Shown here in pieces: positions 1-8,992 of a stretch of 32,000 nt of DNA; the first letter of the stretch is position 1, and each line of letters opens with the position of its first letter. Position numbers and translations under genes: made by a program. The notes beneath the pieces were generated by a model, which was not told the origin of the DNA, searched no databases, and saw only the letters and a program-made list of their open reading frames with translations. The stretch lies in the NCBI GenBank assembly GCA_021498095.1, contig JAIZWK010000001.1:2640001-2672000 (forward strand), given 5' to 3'. Source of the stretch: Candidatus Harpocratesius repetitus (lineage in GTDB: Archaea > Asgardarchaeota > Lokiarchaeia > Sigyniarchaeales > Promethearchaeaceae).

Positions 1-2
1 AT

Positions 3-164
3 TCCGCTTGGCAGCATCCTTTCAAAATGGGTGCTTTTAATATGCCAGTTAATGTCAAATACGCTGTTTGTGCAATTGCCTATCTTAATAACTCCAGTCA
101 ACAGGAGATTGCCAAGCAAATTTTAAGAAATGCATCTATATTTTTTGATCTTGATTTTGATTAA
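3..164 (+). CDS. 3' end of a gene entering from the left edge (hypothetical protein, partial)
   Basis: Frame 3 is open from the window start to TAA at 162-164 and reads SAWQHPFKMGAFNMPVNVKYAVCAIAYLNNSSQQEIAKQILRNASIFFDLDFD*. It converges on the TPR gene. Not in the ORF track. Confidence 0.55.
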   Translation, partial: SAWQHPFKMGAFNMPVNVKYAVCAIAYLNNSSQQEIAKQILRNASIFFDLDFD

Positions 165-174
165 AAATAATTCT

Positions 175-2388
175 TTATTTTTTTGTTTCTGTAGCTTTTT
201 CTGTAGCTTTTTCTGTAGCTTTTTTTATTATTTTATCAAAAGTTTTTTCTGGTATATTTTTAAAGATAAATTCATGTAAAATGTGCCTACGCAGATTAAA
301 AAGAAAATTGGAGTTAATTTCAGCCATTTCATGAACGTTTCTAAGATGTTCTTTAAAAATTGCTTCTAATCGTTTTTGATCGAAGAATACAGGTAGCAAT
401 TGAGCAGGAAAAATTAAGCAAATTATTGTGTAAATCGATCCTTTATTTCGTAAATCTTCCTGTTCTGAATCCATTACATTAACACTGTAAACTAATGCAC
501 GTTGATCTTCCGATCCGAAAGGAAAAGGCCCAAATAATCCTTCATTATATTGCTGTCCTTGCCCTAAACTTGCTGTATAAAGACTTCCAACTAAATATAA
601 ATTACTTTTATATTCTTCACTTTCTTCTATTACATTTTCAATTGCCTGCAGTTTTGGACCGAAAATCTCATCCATTTTATATGCAATCATAAAAATAGAA
701 TTGATTTCTTGTTCTGAAACCATATATCCAGAATACTGCATAGTAATTCGTTGAATTTCTTCTGAAATTAAACTTAGAAGCATTTTTTCCCGTTTTTTTT
801 GATCATTTAAGGTTTCCATTTTGCTGATTAGCACCAAATGGGTTTGCATTATTCGTTTAGTCTGCAAGACCATTCCTTTTCTAGCAGTTAAATCTTTCAA
901 ATCTTGTAGTAATGCTTGTGCTTTGGAGTATTCTTGATTAAAAGCATAAAGCAATGCTCGAATAATTCCAGCTTCTGCGTAATCGAGAAAAAGACCTTTC
1001 TCTTCAGCAAGGAAGAATGCATCTCCAATTAAGGAACAAGAACGCTCTATAAATTCCTGTTTTTTAATTTCATTTTGATTTTTATTTGATTGCTCTAATT
1101 TGTTTACATTTTCGATATTTTTTATTGAATTCTTCTCTAATTTTGCTTGATATTGTAATATCGATATTCTAGTTAAGAGAAGTTTAACTTTGAAGAAATA
1201 TTCGTAAAATTTATGTTCTTCAATTAAATGAAGAGCATCTAGTAGAACTAATTCTGCTTCGTTCAAGTTCATTCTATCGATATTGATCATTCCTCTTGCA
1301 ATTAGACAGATGATTTTTCCTTCATCATTTTTCAACTGTCCTGCAATTTCATCCAACTCTCTTAAATATTGATAAGCTTGCTTGTAATCACCAAGACTTT
1401 GATAAATTTCAACTAAAGAATTCAAAATATCCAATTTTTCTTCTAGTAGTCCCGTTTTTTGCAGAATATCGTAGGCTTTAAGCAGTTGTGTAAGTGCTTT
1501 TTGATAATTTCCTTTACTCATCCAAAATTTTGCATCAGAGTCTAAAGAATAGATATAACCTATCTTATTTTCAAATTTCTCAAAAAGCTTAAAGGAATTC
1601 CTTAATATTTTTTCTGCTTCAATGATCGCACCTTTTCTTACCAATAATTTTGCATAGCTTGCATAAATTTTGGCAAGATTCCTAAAATCTTTAATACTCT
1701 TTGTAAAATCTATTGCTTCTTTGAAAGTTTCAATTGAACGGTTAAATTCCCCGAGTTTTCTAAGTATTTCTGCATAGTTCCTTAAGAGAATAGATCGACC
1801 GTAAGGAAAATTAATCTCTTTAGATATTCTTATGCATTCTTCTAATTCCTTAGTACTTTCTTGAAGTTTTCCTTCTTTTAATAAAATTGTAACGTAATTA
1901 TTCCGAGCTTGGATAGCCATTAAAGGTGCAATATCCTTAGAAAGAGCAATTGTTCGGTCTAACAAGCGTTTTGACTCTTCAACTTCTCCTATATTAAGTC
2001 GATTTATTGCTAATCGATTTGTTGCTTGAGCTTCCTTACGCTGTAAGTTTAATAATTGATAGATTTGAATCGCTTTAAGAATTTTTTGATAAGCTTGTTC
2101 ATAGTTTCCTTCTTCATTATCTATAGTTCCCAATCCACTAAGTGCATCCGCTTTTTCTTCCAACGAATTAAGTCTTTCAGCTTCATTCAACACATCAAGA
2201 TATTGCTCTTTTGCTTCGTGAATTTGATTATTTGCCCAATTACAATAAGCTAATAATACTTTCAATTTCAAACGTTGAAGTTCAGACCATGGATATGTTA
2301 ATAATTGTTGAATACGTTCTTTTGCTGCGTTTGTATCTGTGAATTTTAATTTATCAAGCTCATCAAATTCTTTCTTAAAATTTAACAT
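175..2388 (-). CDS. TPR-repeat protein (737 aa) with a C-terminal uDENN/longin-like alpha/beta domain
   Basis: About 520 aa of TPR-like helical repeats (e.g. ADALSGLGTIDNEEGNYEQAYQKILKAI). The C-terminal domain has FMIAYKMDEIFGPK (resembles the FDxxxGP hairpin of uDENN/longin folds) and GLFGPFP. The C-terminal fold is inference. Confidence 0.8.
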   Translation of the reverse strand: MLNFKKEFDELDKLKFTDTNAAKERIQQLLTYPWSELQRLKLKVLLAYCNWANNQIHEAKEQYLDVLNEAERLNSLEEKADALSGLGTIDNEEGNYEQAYQKILKAIQIYQLLNLQRKEAQATNRLAINRLNIGEVEESKRLLDRTIALSKDIAPLMAIQARNNYVTILLKEGKLQESTKELEECIRISKEINFPYGRSILLRNYAEILRKLGEFNRSIETFKEAIDFTKSIKDFRNLAKIYASYAKLLVRKGAIIEAEKILRNSFKLFEKFENKIGYIYSLDSDAKFWMSKGNYQKALTQLLKAYDILQKTGLLEEKLDILNSLVEIYQSLGDYKQAYQYLRELDEIAGQLKNDEGKIICLIARGMINIDRMNLNEAELVLLDALHLIEEHKFYEYFFKVKLLLTRISILQYQAKLEKNSIKNIENVNKLEQSNKNQNEIKKQEFIERSCSLIGDAFFLAEEKGLFLDYAEAGIIRALLYAFNQEYSKAQALLQDLKDLTARKGMVLQTKRIMQTHLVLISKMETLNDQKKREKMLLSLISEEIQRITMQYSGYMVSEQEINSIFMIAYKMDEIFGPKLQAIENVIEESEEYKSNLYLVGSLYTASLGQGQQYNEGLFGPFPFGSEDQRALVYSVNVMDSEQEDLRNKGSIYTIICLIFPAQLLPVFFDQKRLEAIFKEHLRNVHEMAEINSNFLFNLRRHILHEFIFKNIPEKTFDKIIKKATEKATEKATETKK
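187..222. repeat. 12-bp tandem repeat x3 encoding the KATE-KATE-KATE C-terminal tail
   Basis: (ttctgtagcttt) x3 read directly from the sequence. Confidence 0.9.
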
Positions 2389-2505
2389 AAATTATCAACT
2401 ATTTAGCCGAAATACTCTCATCCATATTATACTTCTTATTCTTAAAAAATTTGCTCGATGAGAAATTTTCTTTTTCTTATATCTTTTTTTTTATTAATTA
2501 CTATT

Positions 2506-2550
2506 TGAATTGAATTGAAGTGAAGTGAAGTGAATTGAAGTGAAGTGAAG
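2506..2550. repeat. Intergenic 5-bp microsatellite TGAA(T/G) x9
   Basis: tgaat tgaat tgaag tgaag tgaag tgaat tgaag tgaag tgaag, between the divergent TPR and vapB genes. Confidence 0.95.
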
Positions 2551-2574
2551 TTCTTAAAAAAATAGACATACATA

Positions 2575-2600
2575 AATAGATCTGTTTATATTAATCTATT
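2575..2600 (+). promoter_or_regulatory. Inverted repeat directly upstream of vapB (candidate autorepression operator)
   Basis: aatagat-N12-atctatt abuts the ATG at 2601. TA operons are typically autoregulated at such palindromes, but function here is inference. Confidence 0.35.
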
Positions 2601-2843
2601 ATGACCCAGAAAACTATATCACTTTCAGAAAAAGCATATAAAGAATTAAAAAAAGCAAAAAAAAAAGGGGAATCTTTTTCAAAAACAATATTAAGGATTC
2701 TTGGAATTTCTGATAACGCAGATATTATGTCCCTAGCAGGTACTTTCACTGAAAATTCAGATGAATGGGAACAAATTGAACAAATTCTGTATAAAAATCG
2801 AATAGATGATAATGATTTGGATATTGAAGAAATTGAGGAATAA
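2601..2843 (+). CDS. vapB: VapB-type antitoxin (archaeal UPF0330/COG1753-like)
   Basis: MTQKTISLSEKAYKELKKAKKKGESFSKTILRIL matches the KTIsls.eaY..L...K..gESFS.vi.rl signature. It has an acidic tail and ends 2 nt before a PIN gene. Confidence 0.85.
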   Translation: MTQKTISLSEKAYKELKKAKKKGESFSKTILRILGISDNADIMSLAGTFTENSDEWEQIEQILYKNRIDDNDLDIEEIEE

Positions 2844-2845
2844 TT

Positions 2846-3250
2846 ATGCCGATACTAGATACAGATATTTTAATAAGCTTTTTGAGAAATAAAAAAAAGG
2901 CAGTACAAGAAATTAAAAAACTAATCGAATCAGAGTCAAATCTTAAAACAACTATAATTAATGTGGGTGAATTATATACAGGTGCGTATTTATCTTCTCA
3001 AATAGCAAAAGATATAAATGCGATTGAAAAATTATTAAGAAAATTTGATATTATCGAATTCTCAAATGAAGATGCTCGTATATTTGGCCAAATTCAAGCA
3101 AATTTAATAAATACAGGAAACAAAATAGGAAAAATGGATATGTTGATTGGTTCAATTGCATTAAATCATAGTGAAACATTATATACCAGAAATGTCAAAC
3201 ATTTTTCAAAAATTCCATTATTAAAAATTAAAAATTGGTTCCTCGATTAA
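2846..3250 (+). CDS. vapC: VapC PIN-domain toxin (ribonuclease)
   Basis: PIN motifs ILDTDILI, INVGELYTG, DMLIGSIA and LYTRNVKHF; 134 aa. Confidence 0.93.
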   Translation: MPILDTDILISFLRNKKKAVQEIKKLIESESNLKTTIINVGELYTGAYLSSQIAKDINAIEKLLRKFDIIEFSNEDARIFGQIQANLINTGNKIGKMDMLIGSIALNHSETLYTRNVKHFSKIPLLKIKNWFLD

Positions 3251-3889
3251 TTATGTGAAAAAGTATCGAATTAAATTCACAAATTGTGAAAAATATGAAT
3301 TGAGAAAATGCTATATTATATTAATTTTTCTTATTTCTATCTTCAATTATTTTTTATTTTAAGAGCCTTTATCAACATTTGATAGATTAATAAAAAAATA
3401 AAAATCCTGCATAATTTACGCATTTACCAATATTCCATCCAAATTTGAAATTTGTCGATCAAAAATTTAGAACTTTTTTTATCATTTTCAACTATAATTT
3501 GATTAAAAATAGTCAAAAATCAACCCATAATTATATTTTTTAAAGTTCATCTTTGCCGACTGAAATAATTCTTGGATAAGTTTGATTATTGTCGGAAAAT
3601 GAAAGAATAAAATGAAAATTCTGTCAAAAATAAAGAAGTTGCTAGAACCTCTTAAAAAAGACACTCAATTTTTCTATTTAATTTGGATAACTTTTATTAA
3701 GATGCTGTCTTTTTATATCTTGTTTGGAAAATAATGTTTACTTCAAGATAATAGGAATGTGTTTCAATTTTTTCTTACTTCTCGCAAGAAAGCCCAATTG
3801 AATTTCATCTCCACCAAATTTTGTGTTGACTGTTTTTCAAGCCTCTTGTTCGTTTATGAACAAGAATTTAATAAAGTAAGTGAAATAAT

Positions 3890-4153
3890 ATGGCTACTGG
3901 AACTGTTAAGTGGTTCAATTCCCGCAAGGGATTTGGTTTTATTACTCCTTCTGAAGGAGAAAAAGATGTTTTTGTGCATTATTCCGCAATTGTTACGGAT
4001 GCAAACGAATTTGCAACCTTATACGAGAATGATGAAGTTGAATATGAATCTGTTCAGGGTGAAAAAGGTATGGAAGCTCGAAATGTGAAAGTCACAAAGA
4101 AAGCTCCCCGCCAAGAACGACGCAGTCGTAATTATAACAATAATTATTATTAA
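3890..4153 (+). CDS. cspA: Cold-shock domain protein with a basic/Asn-Tyr C-terminal tail
   Basis: [19 protein letters not shown] (RNP1) and DVFVHYSAI (RNP2); tail [18 protein letters not shown]. Confidence 0.95.
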   Translation: MATGTVKWFNSRKGFGFITPSEGEKDVFVHYSAIVTDANEFATLYENDEVEYESVQGEKGMEARNVKVTKKAPRQERRSRNYNNNYY

Positions 4154-4167
4154 GCGCGGAAATAAGC

Positions 4168-4226
4168 ACGGCGATCCGGGAATATCGACCGTACCGAATG
4201 TTAGAAATGGTGAAATTTTATCCCGG
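4168..4226 (+). other. GC-rich structured element in the csp 3' region (hairpin whose loop can pair downstream: candidate pseudoknot)
   Basis: ACGGCGAT (4168-4175) pairs with ATCG-A-CCGT (4184-4192). The loop CCGGGA (4176-4181) is the exact reverse complement of TCCCGG (4221-4226). A T-rich tract follows. Confidence 0.45.
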
Positions 4227-4252
4227 TTTTATTTTTGTTTTTTGTTTTCTTT
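4227..4252 (+). terminator. Oligo-T tract, probable archaeal terminator of csp
   Basis: ttttatttttgttttttgttttcttt directly after the structured element. Confidence 0.45.
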
Positions 4253-4416
4253 ACACATTAATTAACCTGAGCAATAATATTAACGGTTAATAAATGAAAG
4301 AGTTTATTTTTCTTCTTTAATGGTTATCTTTCATTATATGAATTTATTTTTATATTGTAAGAGAAAATTATACTTTGTTCTTTAGCATAATGACAGAATT
4401 TTGGTGTTGATAAGTT

Positions 4417-4752
4417 TTAACTGGGGAAATCATCTGGAAGAATGAAATTAATAATAAATTTTTTTGCTGTAGTGCGATAGAATTTCATTAGAATATTATA
4501 CGTATTACGCTCTATTCGTTCGACATATACTAAATCATGATGCATGAGTTCATCCAAGTGTCGTTTAATTGTTCCTGGATTCATCCCTGTTTTTTTCTTT
4601 AAGTCTTGGATGGTCAAAGCGCGGGAAAAAATTTGTTTTAAAATCAATTGTTTTTTAGCATGCATTACCTGAACCACTAACTTTGGATCTTTTATGGTGC
4701 GCTCTTCTACTGGAGTTGGACCGTGATAATATTCAGAGTTTGGTTCAGTCAT
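4417..4752 (-). CDS. Winged helix-turn-helix (ArsR-like) transcriptional regulator
   Basis: LTIQDLKKKTGMNPGTIKRHLDELMHHDLV followed by a wing ending KFYRTTAKKF. Confidence 0.85.
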   Translation of the reverse strand: MTEPNSEYYHGPTPVEERTIKDPKLVVQVMHAKKQLILKQIFSRALTIQDLKKKTGMNPGTIKRHLDELMHHDLVYVERIERNTYNILMKFYRTTAKKFIINFILPDDFPS

Positions 4753-4882
4753 TTTTATTCCTCATATATATTCTTTATTTTTGGTTTGATTTTTTGGTTT
4801 GATTTTTCTGTTTTCTTTTAAATTTGAATTATTTCTTTTAATTTTGCATATTATTCTGCATATTTGAAGAAGAATCTATATT

Positions 4883-5809
4883 TTATTTTAATGAATCATG
4901 AGAATCATAATTATTTTGAAAAATCTCAGAGTTCTTGGAATTGATTCTTATATAACTGTTATTGTAAATTCCAGTTGCTAAAAGCGTCAAAAGCGGAAAT
5001 CCAATTAATAATAATAAAAGCATGAAACCTAAAGCCAATATTAGCACAAATATATTTTCTTGATGAGCAGATGGGAAAATAATAATAAATAGATTCAACA
5101 ATAATATGGGTAGAAAAAAAACTGTGAAGAAAATACCCCATGCTTTTACTATTCTACGAAATTCTGTTTTAAAAATGATATAACTTTCTTTTAAAGCCTT
5201 CCATAGATTATTCTGATATACTACACTTGGAAATGAGTGAATCCATAGCAGGAACCAGAAAAATTGAAAGATAATACGTAATCCAAGTACAAACCAATGA
5301 CCTAAAGTAAATTCACCAATAACAGGTTCTGAATTCTTAAAACCGATAAAGGGTCCTGAAAAAATCCACGATAAGGCTAACTGTAATATCGTAAGTAAAT
5401 AAAATTTTGCCCAATGAGATCGGAAATAGTGAAAAGAACCTTTGAATTGAGCAAACATATCGCCAGAATTAATTATATCATTAGCTAAACCAAATTGACA
5501 ATTCATGAATCCCATTAGGATTATGCCAAAAATAAGAGAGATGCCTAACCTAAAAAGTAATGAAATGGCAAACTTATCACGTAAATCATAGAAAAAGTTA
5601 ATAAATGTATAGTTCGGTATGATTGAAATAATTGAAAATAAAAGAGTTAAGCTTCCAAAAAACAGAATTAGAAAAGCAGCAATTGCGAAAAATTCTGTAA
5701 ATAGGAAAGCTTTATAATTTTCTCGTAGCATTTGCCAACTTTGCTTCAGACTCATTAGAGTCGAGGGAGGCGTGCGAGAATTAGGGTTCACCGACATCTT
5801 AAGTTTCAT
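4883..5809 (-). CDS. Multi-pass membrane protein (about 6-7 TM), co-oriented with the ABC exporter
   Basis: Several hydrophobic segments over 308 aa; no family recognised. Confidence 0.75.
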   Translation of the reverse strand: MKLKMSVNPNSRTPPSTLMSLKQSWQMLRENYKAFLFTEFFAIAAFLILFFGSLTLLFSIISIIPNYTFINFFYDLRDKFAISLLFRLGISLIFGIILMGFMNCQFGLANDIINSGDMFAQFKGSFHYFRSHWAKFYLLTILQLALSWIFSGPFIGFKNSEPVIGEFTLGHWFVLGLRIIFQFFWFLLWIHSFPSVVYQNNLWKALKESYIIFKTEFRRIVKAWGIFFTVFFLPILLLNLFIIIFPSAHQENIFVLILALGFMLLLLLIGFPLLTLLATGIYNNSYIRINSKNSEIFQNNYDSHDSLK

Positions 5810-5840
5810 ACAAGACCGATTCTCTTATATTTTTTTGGTT

Positions 5841-5888
5841 GATAAAAAAGGAATTTGATAAAAAAGGAATTTGATAAAAAAGGAATTT
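5841..5888. repeat. Intergenic 16-bp tandem repeat x3
   Basis: (gataaaaaaggaattt) x3, perfect copies. Confidence 0.95.
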
Positions 5889-5946
5889 TGTAAGAATTTA
5901 TTAAAAGAAAAAATGACAAATCAAAGATAAATTTATAATAAATATT

Positions 5947-6885
5947 CTATACTTGTTTTCTCTTATATACGAAATATGCTATCGCAAGACAAATTACTGC
6001 GTAAATTAACAAACCAACAATTGCACCTGTAGCACTTGGAGTAATCCATTGATAATAGGTGTTTCCATCAGATGCTTCTACTCCTGGCCCTCGTTTAAAT
6101 GCAATTTCCCGAAATCGATTGTCATCAGCTGGCATATTGAACCATTCTATGATAATATTTGAATAATATGTTAAAAAATACAGAGGTTCTGCAGTGATTC
6201 CTGTGAACATAAATATCATAGAAAGTAAATTGAAAATAATCAGTAATAATAATAAACCACTAATCATTGCTGTTGCAGATCGTTTGAACATGCTACTTAA
6301 CATGGTAATGAATGCAGAAACACCGAATAAATACCATTCTGCCCACAACATTGAGCCCCAAACGATTTTGGGAACCCCATTATATTCAATAAATGTGGTT
6401 ATTCCAACTAATAAATAAAAGAAAGCCACGCTTAAAGCCGCATAAACATATCGTGCGAAGAATCTTCCAATTAGCAGTCTTTCTTTAGGTATCTTTGGAA
6501 ACAGTAAATTCCCAGTTTGTTTTTCGAAATCTTCTGCAATAATTGAACCGAAAAATGTAGTTCCAATTATTAAAATTAATAGATCAATCATTCCAAGATA
6601 AGATTGAAAATAATCTACAGCTTCAGTAGGCATTTCCGCACCTTGATTTTCTTGAATAAGTTGAATTATTAAGAAAAGTAAATATATTCCAAGCGCGGTA
6701 ATTAGCATTGCCATAAATTTCTTTGCATTTCTAAGGAATTCAAAGGACACTGTTTTTTTTATTTGAATCCAACCTCGTCGCATTCCTACACCGATCTTTT
6801 CTGTTTGTTCTAATTGAGAAATTTCTATTAAAGGAATTTTAGGTGTGGATTTTACATTATTTGAATGTTCGATTTGTGTGCTCAT
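5947..6885 (-). CDS. ABC-2 type transporter permease
   Basis: FFGSIIAEDFEKQTGNLLFPKIPKERLLIGRF matches the i..E.e.gT...ll..P..r..l..gKf ABC-2 motif; about 6 TM; adjacent to the ATPase. Confidence 0.9.
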   Translation of the reverse strand: MSTQIEHSNNVKSTPKIPLIEISQLEQTEKIGVGMRRGWIQIKKTVSFEFLRNAKKFMAMLITALGIYLLFLIIQLIQENQGAEMPTEAVDYFQSYLGMIDLLILIIGTTFFGSIIAEDFEKQTGNLLFPKIPKERLLIGRFFARYVYAALSVAFFYLLVGITTFIEYNGVPKIVWGSMLWAEWYLFGVSAFITMLSSMFKRSATAMISGLLLLLIIFNLLSMIFMFTGITAEPLYFLTYYSNIIIEWFNMPADDNRFREIAFKRGPGVEASDGNTYYQWITPSATGAIVGLLIYAVICLAIAYFVYKRKQV

Positions 6886-6897
6886 TTTTAATCTCCT

Positions 6898-8058
6898 CTA
6901 TACCTTTACTCCGGGTGTTTTTGTTTTTGTTTTTGTTTTTGCTTTTGTTTTTGTTTTTGATTTCGAATTAGAAGCTATATTTTGATTTGCTTGTATAAGC
7001 GCTTTTTGATTTGAATCTTCTTCATCCATGAATTTTAGATAAAGATCTTCTAATAACCCAGCTTTAGGAACTGAAAATTCCAAAACTTGAAAATTAGCTT
7101 TGAACAAAGCTTGAAATATCTTTAATTGATTCTCTGGGTTACCATTAAATAATATCTCAATCTGCTTAGAATTGGGATTAAATCTGATTGAATTTTCCTC
7201 TGGTGCTAGACCGGTTAATGGTTCTACTATTTGATTCAGTTGTGCAATTCGATTTGCAATTTCATCATCAGAGTATGAATTCAATTTATAAAGTTCTAAC
7301 TCAATAATACTTCCTTGAGCCCTTTGTTCTAAGTTTTCTAGTGTATCTAAAGCAATTATTTTTCCATTTGAGATTATAGCAACACGATCAGCTACTTCAC
7401 TAACCTCATAAAGTAGATGACTACTTAGAAAGATGGTTTTTCCCATTTCTTTAAGTTTCAAAATTAGTGTTCGTATTTCAGCGCGAGCTCTTGGATCTAA
7501 TCCTGTATGTGGTTCATCCAATATAACTATATCTGGATCATGCACAATTGCGCTCATTATTCCAATTTTTTGGCGCATTCCTTTTGAAAATCCCTTCATT
7601 TTTACATCAATCCAATCAGATAATTCAACCATTTCAACAACTTCTTCAACACGTTTTTTGACTTTGTTATGAGGATATCCCTTTAATTCAGCAAAATAGC
7701 TTAAAATCTCTCTTGGAGTCATGTTTCCATAGAATGTAGGGTTTTCAATCAGAAATCCAACATTGTTAAGTAAGATATCTTTAGACTGATTTGTTAATGG
7801 TGCCAAATGATCATTTGCTCTTATAAATATCGTTCCTTCTGTAGGTCGTAGTAATCTCGCCAACATTTTCATAGTCGTTGATTTTCCTGCTCCGTTTGGT
7901 CCTAAAAATCCAAGTACTTCACCACGAAAGATTTCAAAAGAAATATTAGACACAGCAGTAAAATTACCAAATTTCTTGGTGACATGTTCAAAGCGAACAA
8001 ACGGTTCTTTATTTTTATTCAAATCATCTTGTAATGTCATATTTTGATCACAGTTCAT
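6898..8058 (-). CDS. ABC transporter ATP-binding protein
   Basis: Walker A GPNGAGKST, signature FSKGMRQK, Walker B VILDEP, H-loop SSH. The start may be the ATG of MTLQDD. Confidence 0.96.
   Translation of the reverse strand: MNCDQNMTLQDDLNKNKEPFVRFEHVTKKFGNFTAVSNISFEIFRGEVLGFLGPNGAGKSTTMKMLARLLRPTEGTIFIRANDHLAPLTNQSKDILLNNVGFLIENPTFYGNMTPREILSYFAELKGYPHNKVKKRVEEVVEMVELSDWIDVKMKGFSKGMRQKIGIMSAIVHDPDIVILDEPHTGLDPRARAEIRTLILKLKEMGKTIFLSSHLLYEVSEVADRVAIISNGKIIALDTLENLEQRAQGSIIELELYKLNSYSDDEIANRIAQLNQIVEPLTGLAPEENSIRFNPNSKQIEILFNGNPENQLKIFQALFKANFQVLEFSVPKAGLLEDLYLKFMDEEDSNQKALIQANQNIASNSKSKTKTKAKTKTKTKTPGVKV
6916..6963. repeat. 6-bp (tgtttt)n array encoding the KTKTKAKTKTKTKT tail of the ABC ATPase
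   Basis: Read directly from the sequence. Confidence 0.85.
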
Positions 8059-8096
8059 TTAGTAATAAGATAATTGCAGTTGCAATATTACAAACG

Positions 8097-8170
8097 TTTG
8101 CATAAATGCAAAACATTACCTTATAGAATTAATAGAATTATTAGTATTTAAATTTTGCATATTTGCAAAA
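8097..8170. promoter_or_regulatory. Two palindromes TTTGCA-N4-TGCAAA upstream of the ABC operon (candidate operators)
   Basis: tttgca-taaa-tgcaaa (8097-8112) and ttttgca-tatt-tgcaaaa (8153-8170). A related attgca-gt-tgcaat lies at 8073-8086. Confidence 0.55.
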
Positions 8171-8314
8171 TATATTAATTTGAATTTTTAGTTGGTTATT
8201 TTGAGTTACAGAAATCACATTTAGAAAATTTTTTTTTCTATTTTCTTAAAAGAAAAAGCTTCAACATTGGTGATAAAAAACCTTTTTTGGAGTTACAGCT
8301 GATTTTTCTTACTA

Positions 8315-8941
8315 ATGGAAAATTTACCCACACTTCGAACTTATTATTGTTTAATTGTTGAACAGTATTTGAAAGAAAAATTTCCAGGTAAAGCACAAGT
8401 TTATAGTGACAAATTCAAGAAAATTTTTGAAGAATTAATTGATTCTCCTAAAAATAGTCAATTTTTTGGGAATAAAACTGCAAATTTACATGCAATCAAC
8501 CCAATTTTTGTGATTGCGTTTTCTAAAGCAATAGAAGCAGAAAACTATCAAAAGAATCAAATTCAATCCATGATCATGGAGATTTATAAAATAATGGTTA
8601 AACCATTATTGGATAAACAGTTGCAATCTATGAAAAATGCAAAGATTCCATGGAAACATTTTATCGAAATTACAAAAAACGGAAATCACAAATTATATGA
8701 AAATGAATACTTTCAAGTTGAATATGTTGTAGAAGACAGATTACGGTTTGGATTTAATATTAACAGATGCTACTATTTTGATATTTTTAAAGCAAATAAT
8801 CAAGAAAGACTTGCATCAATACTTTGTCAATATGATAACCTTTTAGCTGAAAACCTGAATAAATGGGTTCGATTTCAGCGTAATTCTACGATTGCTGAAG
8901 GAAATTCCAAATGTGAATTTCGATATTTTCGGAATATTTGA
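8315..8941 (+). CDS. L-2-amino-thiazoline-4-carboxylic acid hydrolase (ATC_hydrolase)-like protein
   Basis: FNINRCYYFDIF...LCQYD...RFQRNSTIAEGNSKCEFRY matches the C...C..D...R..Tia.G...CdF pattern of this family. Confidence 0.8.
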   Translation: MENLPTLRTYYCLIVEQYLKEKFPGKAQVYSDKFKKIFEELIDSPKNSQFFGNKTANLHAINPIFVIAFSKAIEAENYQKNQIQSMIMEIYKIMVKPLLDKQLQSMKNAKIPWKHFIEITKNGNHKLYENEYFQVEYVVEDRLRFGFNINRCYYFDIFKANNQERLASILCQYDNLLAENLNKWVRFQRNSTIAEGNSKCEFRYFRNI

Positions 8942-8970
8942 AAAAATCGAGATTTTAAAAATATTGGCTG

Positions 8971-8992
8971 ACTTCTCACACTTCTCACACTT
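8971..8992. repeat. 9-bp tandem duplication (acttctcac x2.4)
   Basis: Read directly from the sequence. Confidence 0.7.

Noticed and set aside
4154-4230. tRNA gene
   Set aside because: No cloverleaf, no T-loop (TTCRA) motif and no acceptor stem.
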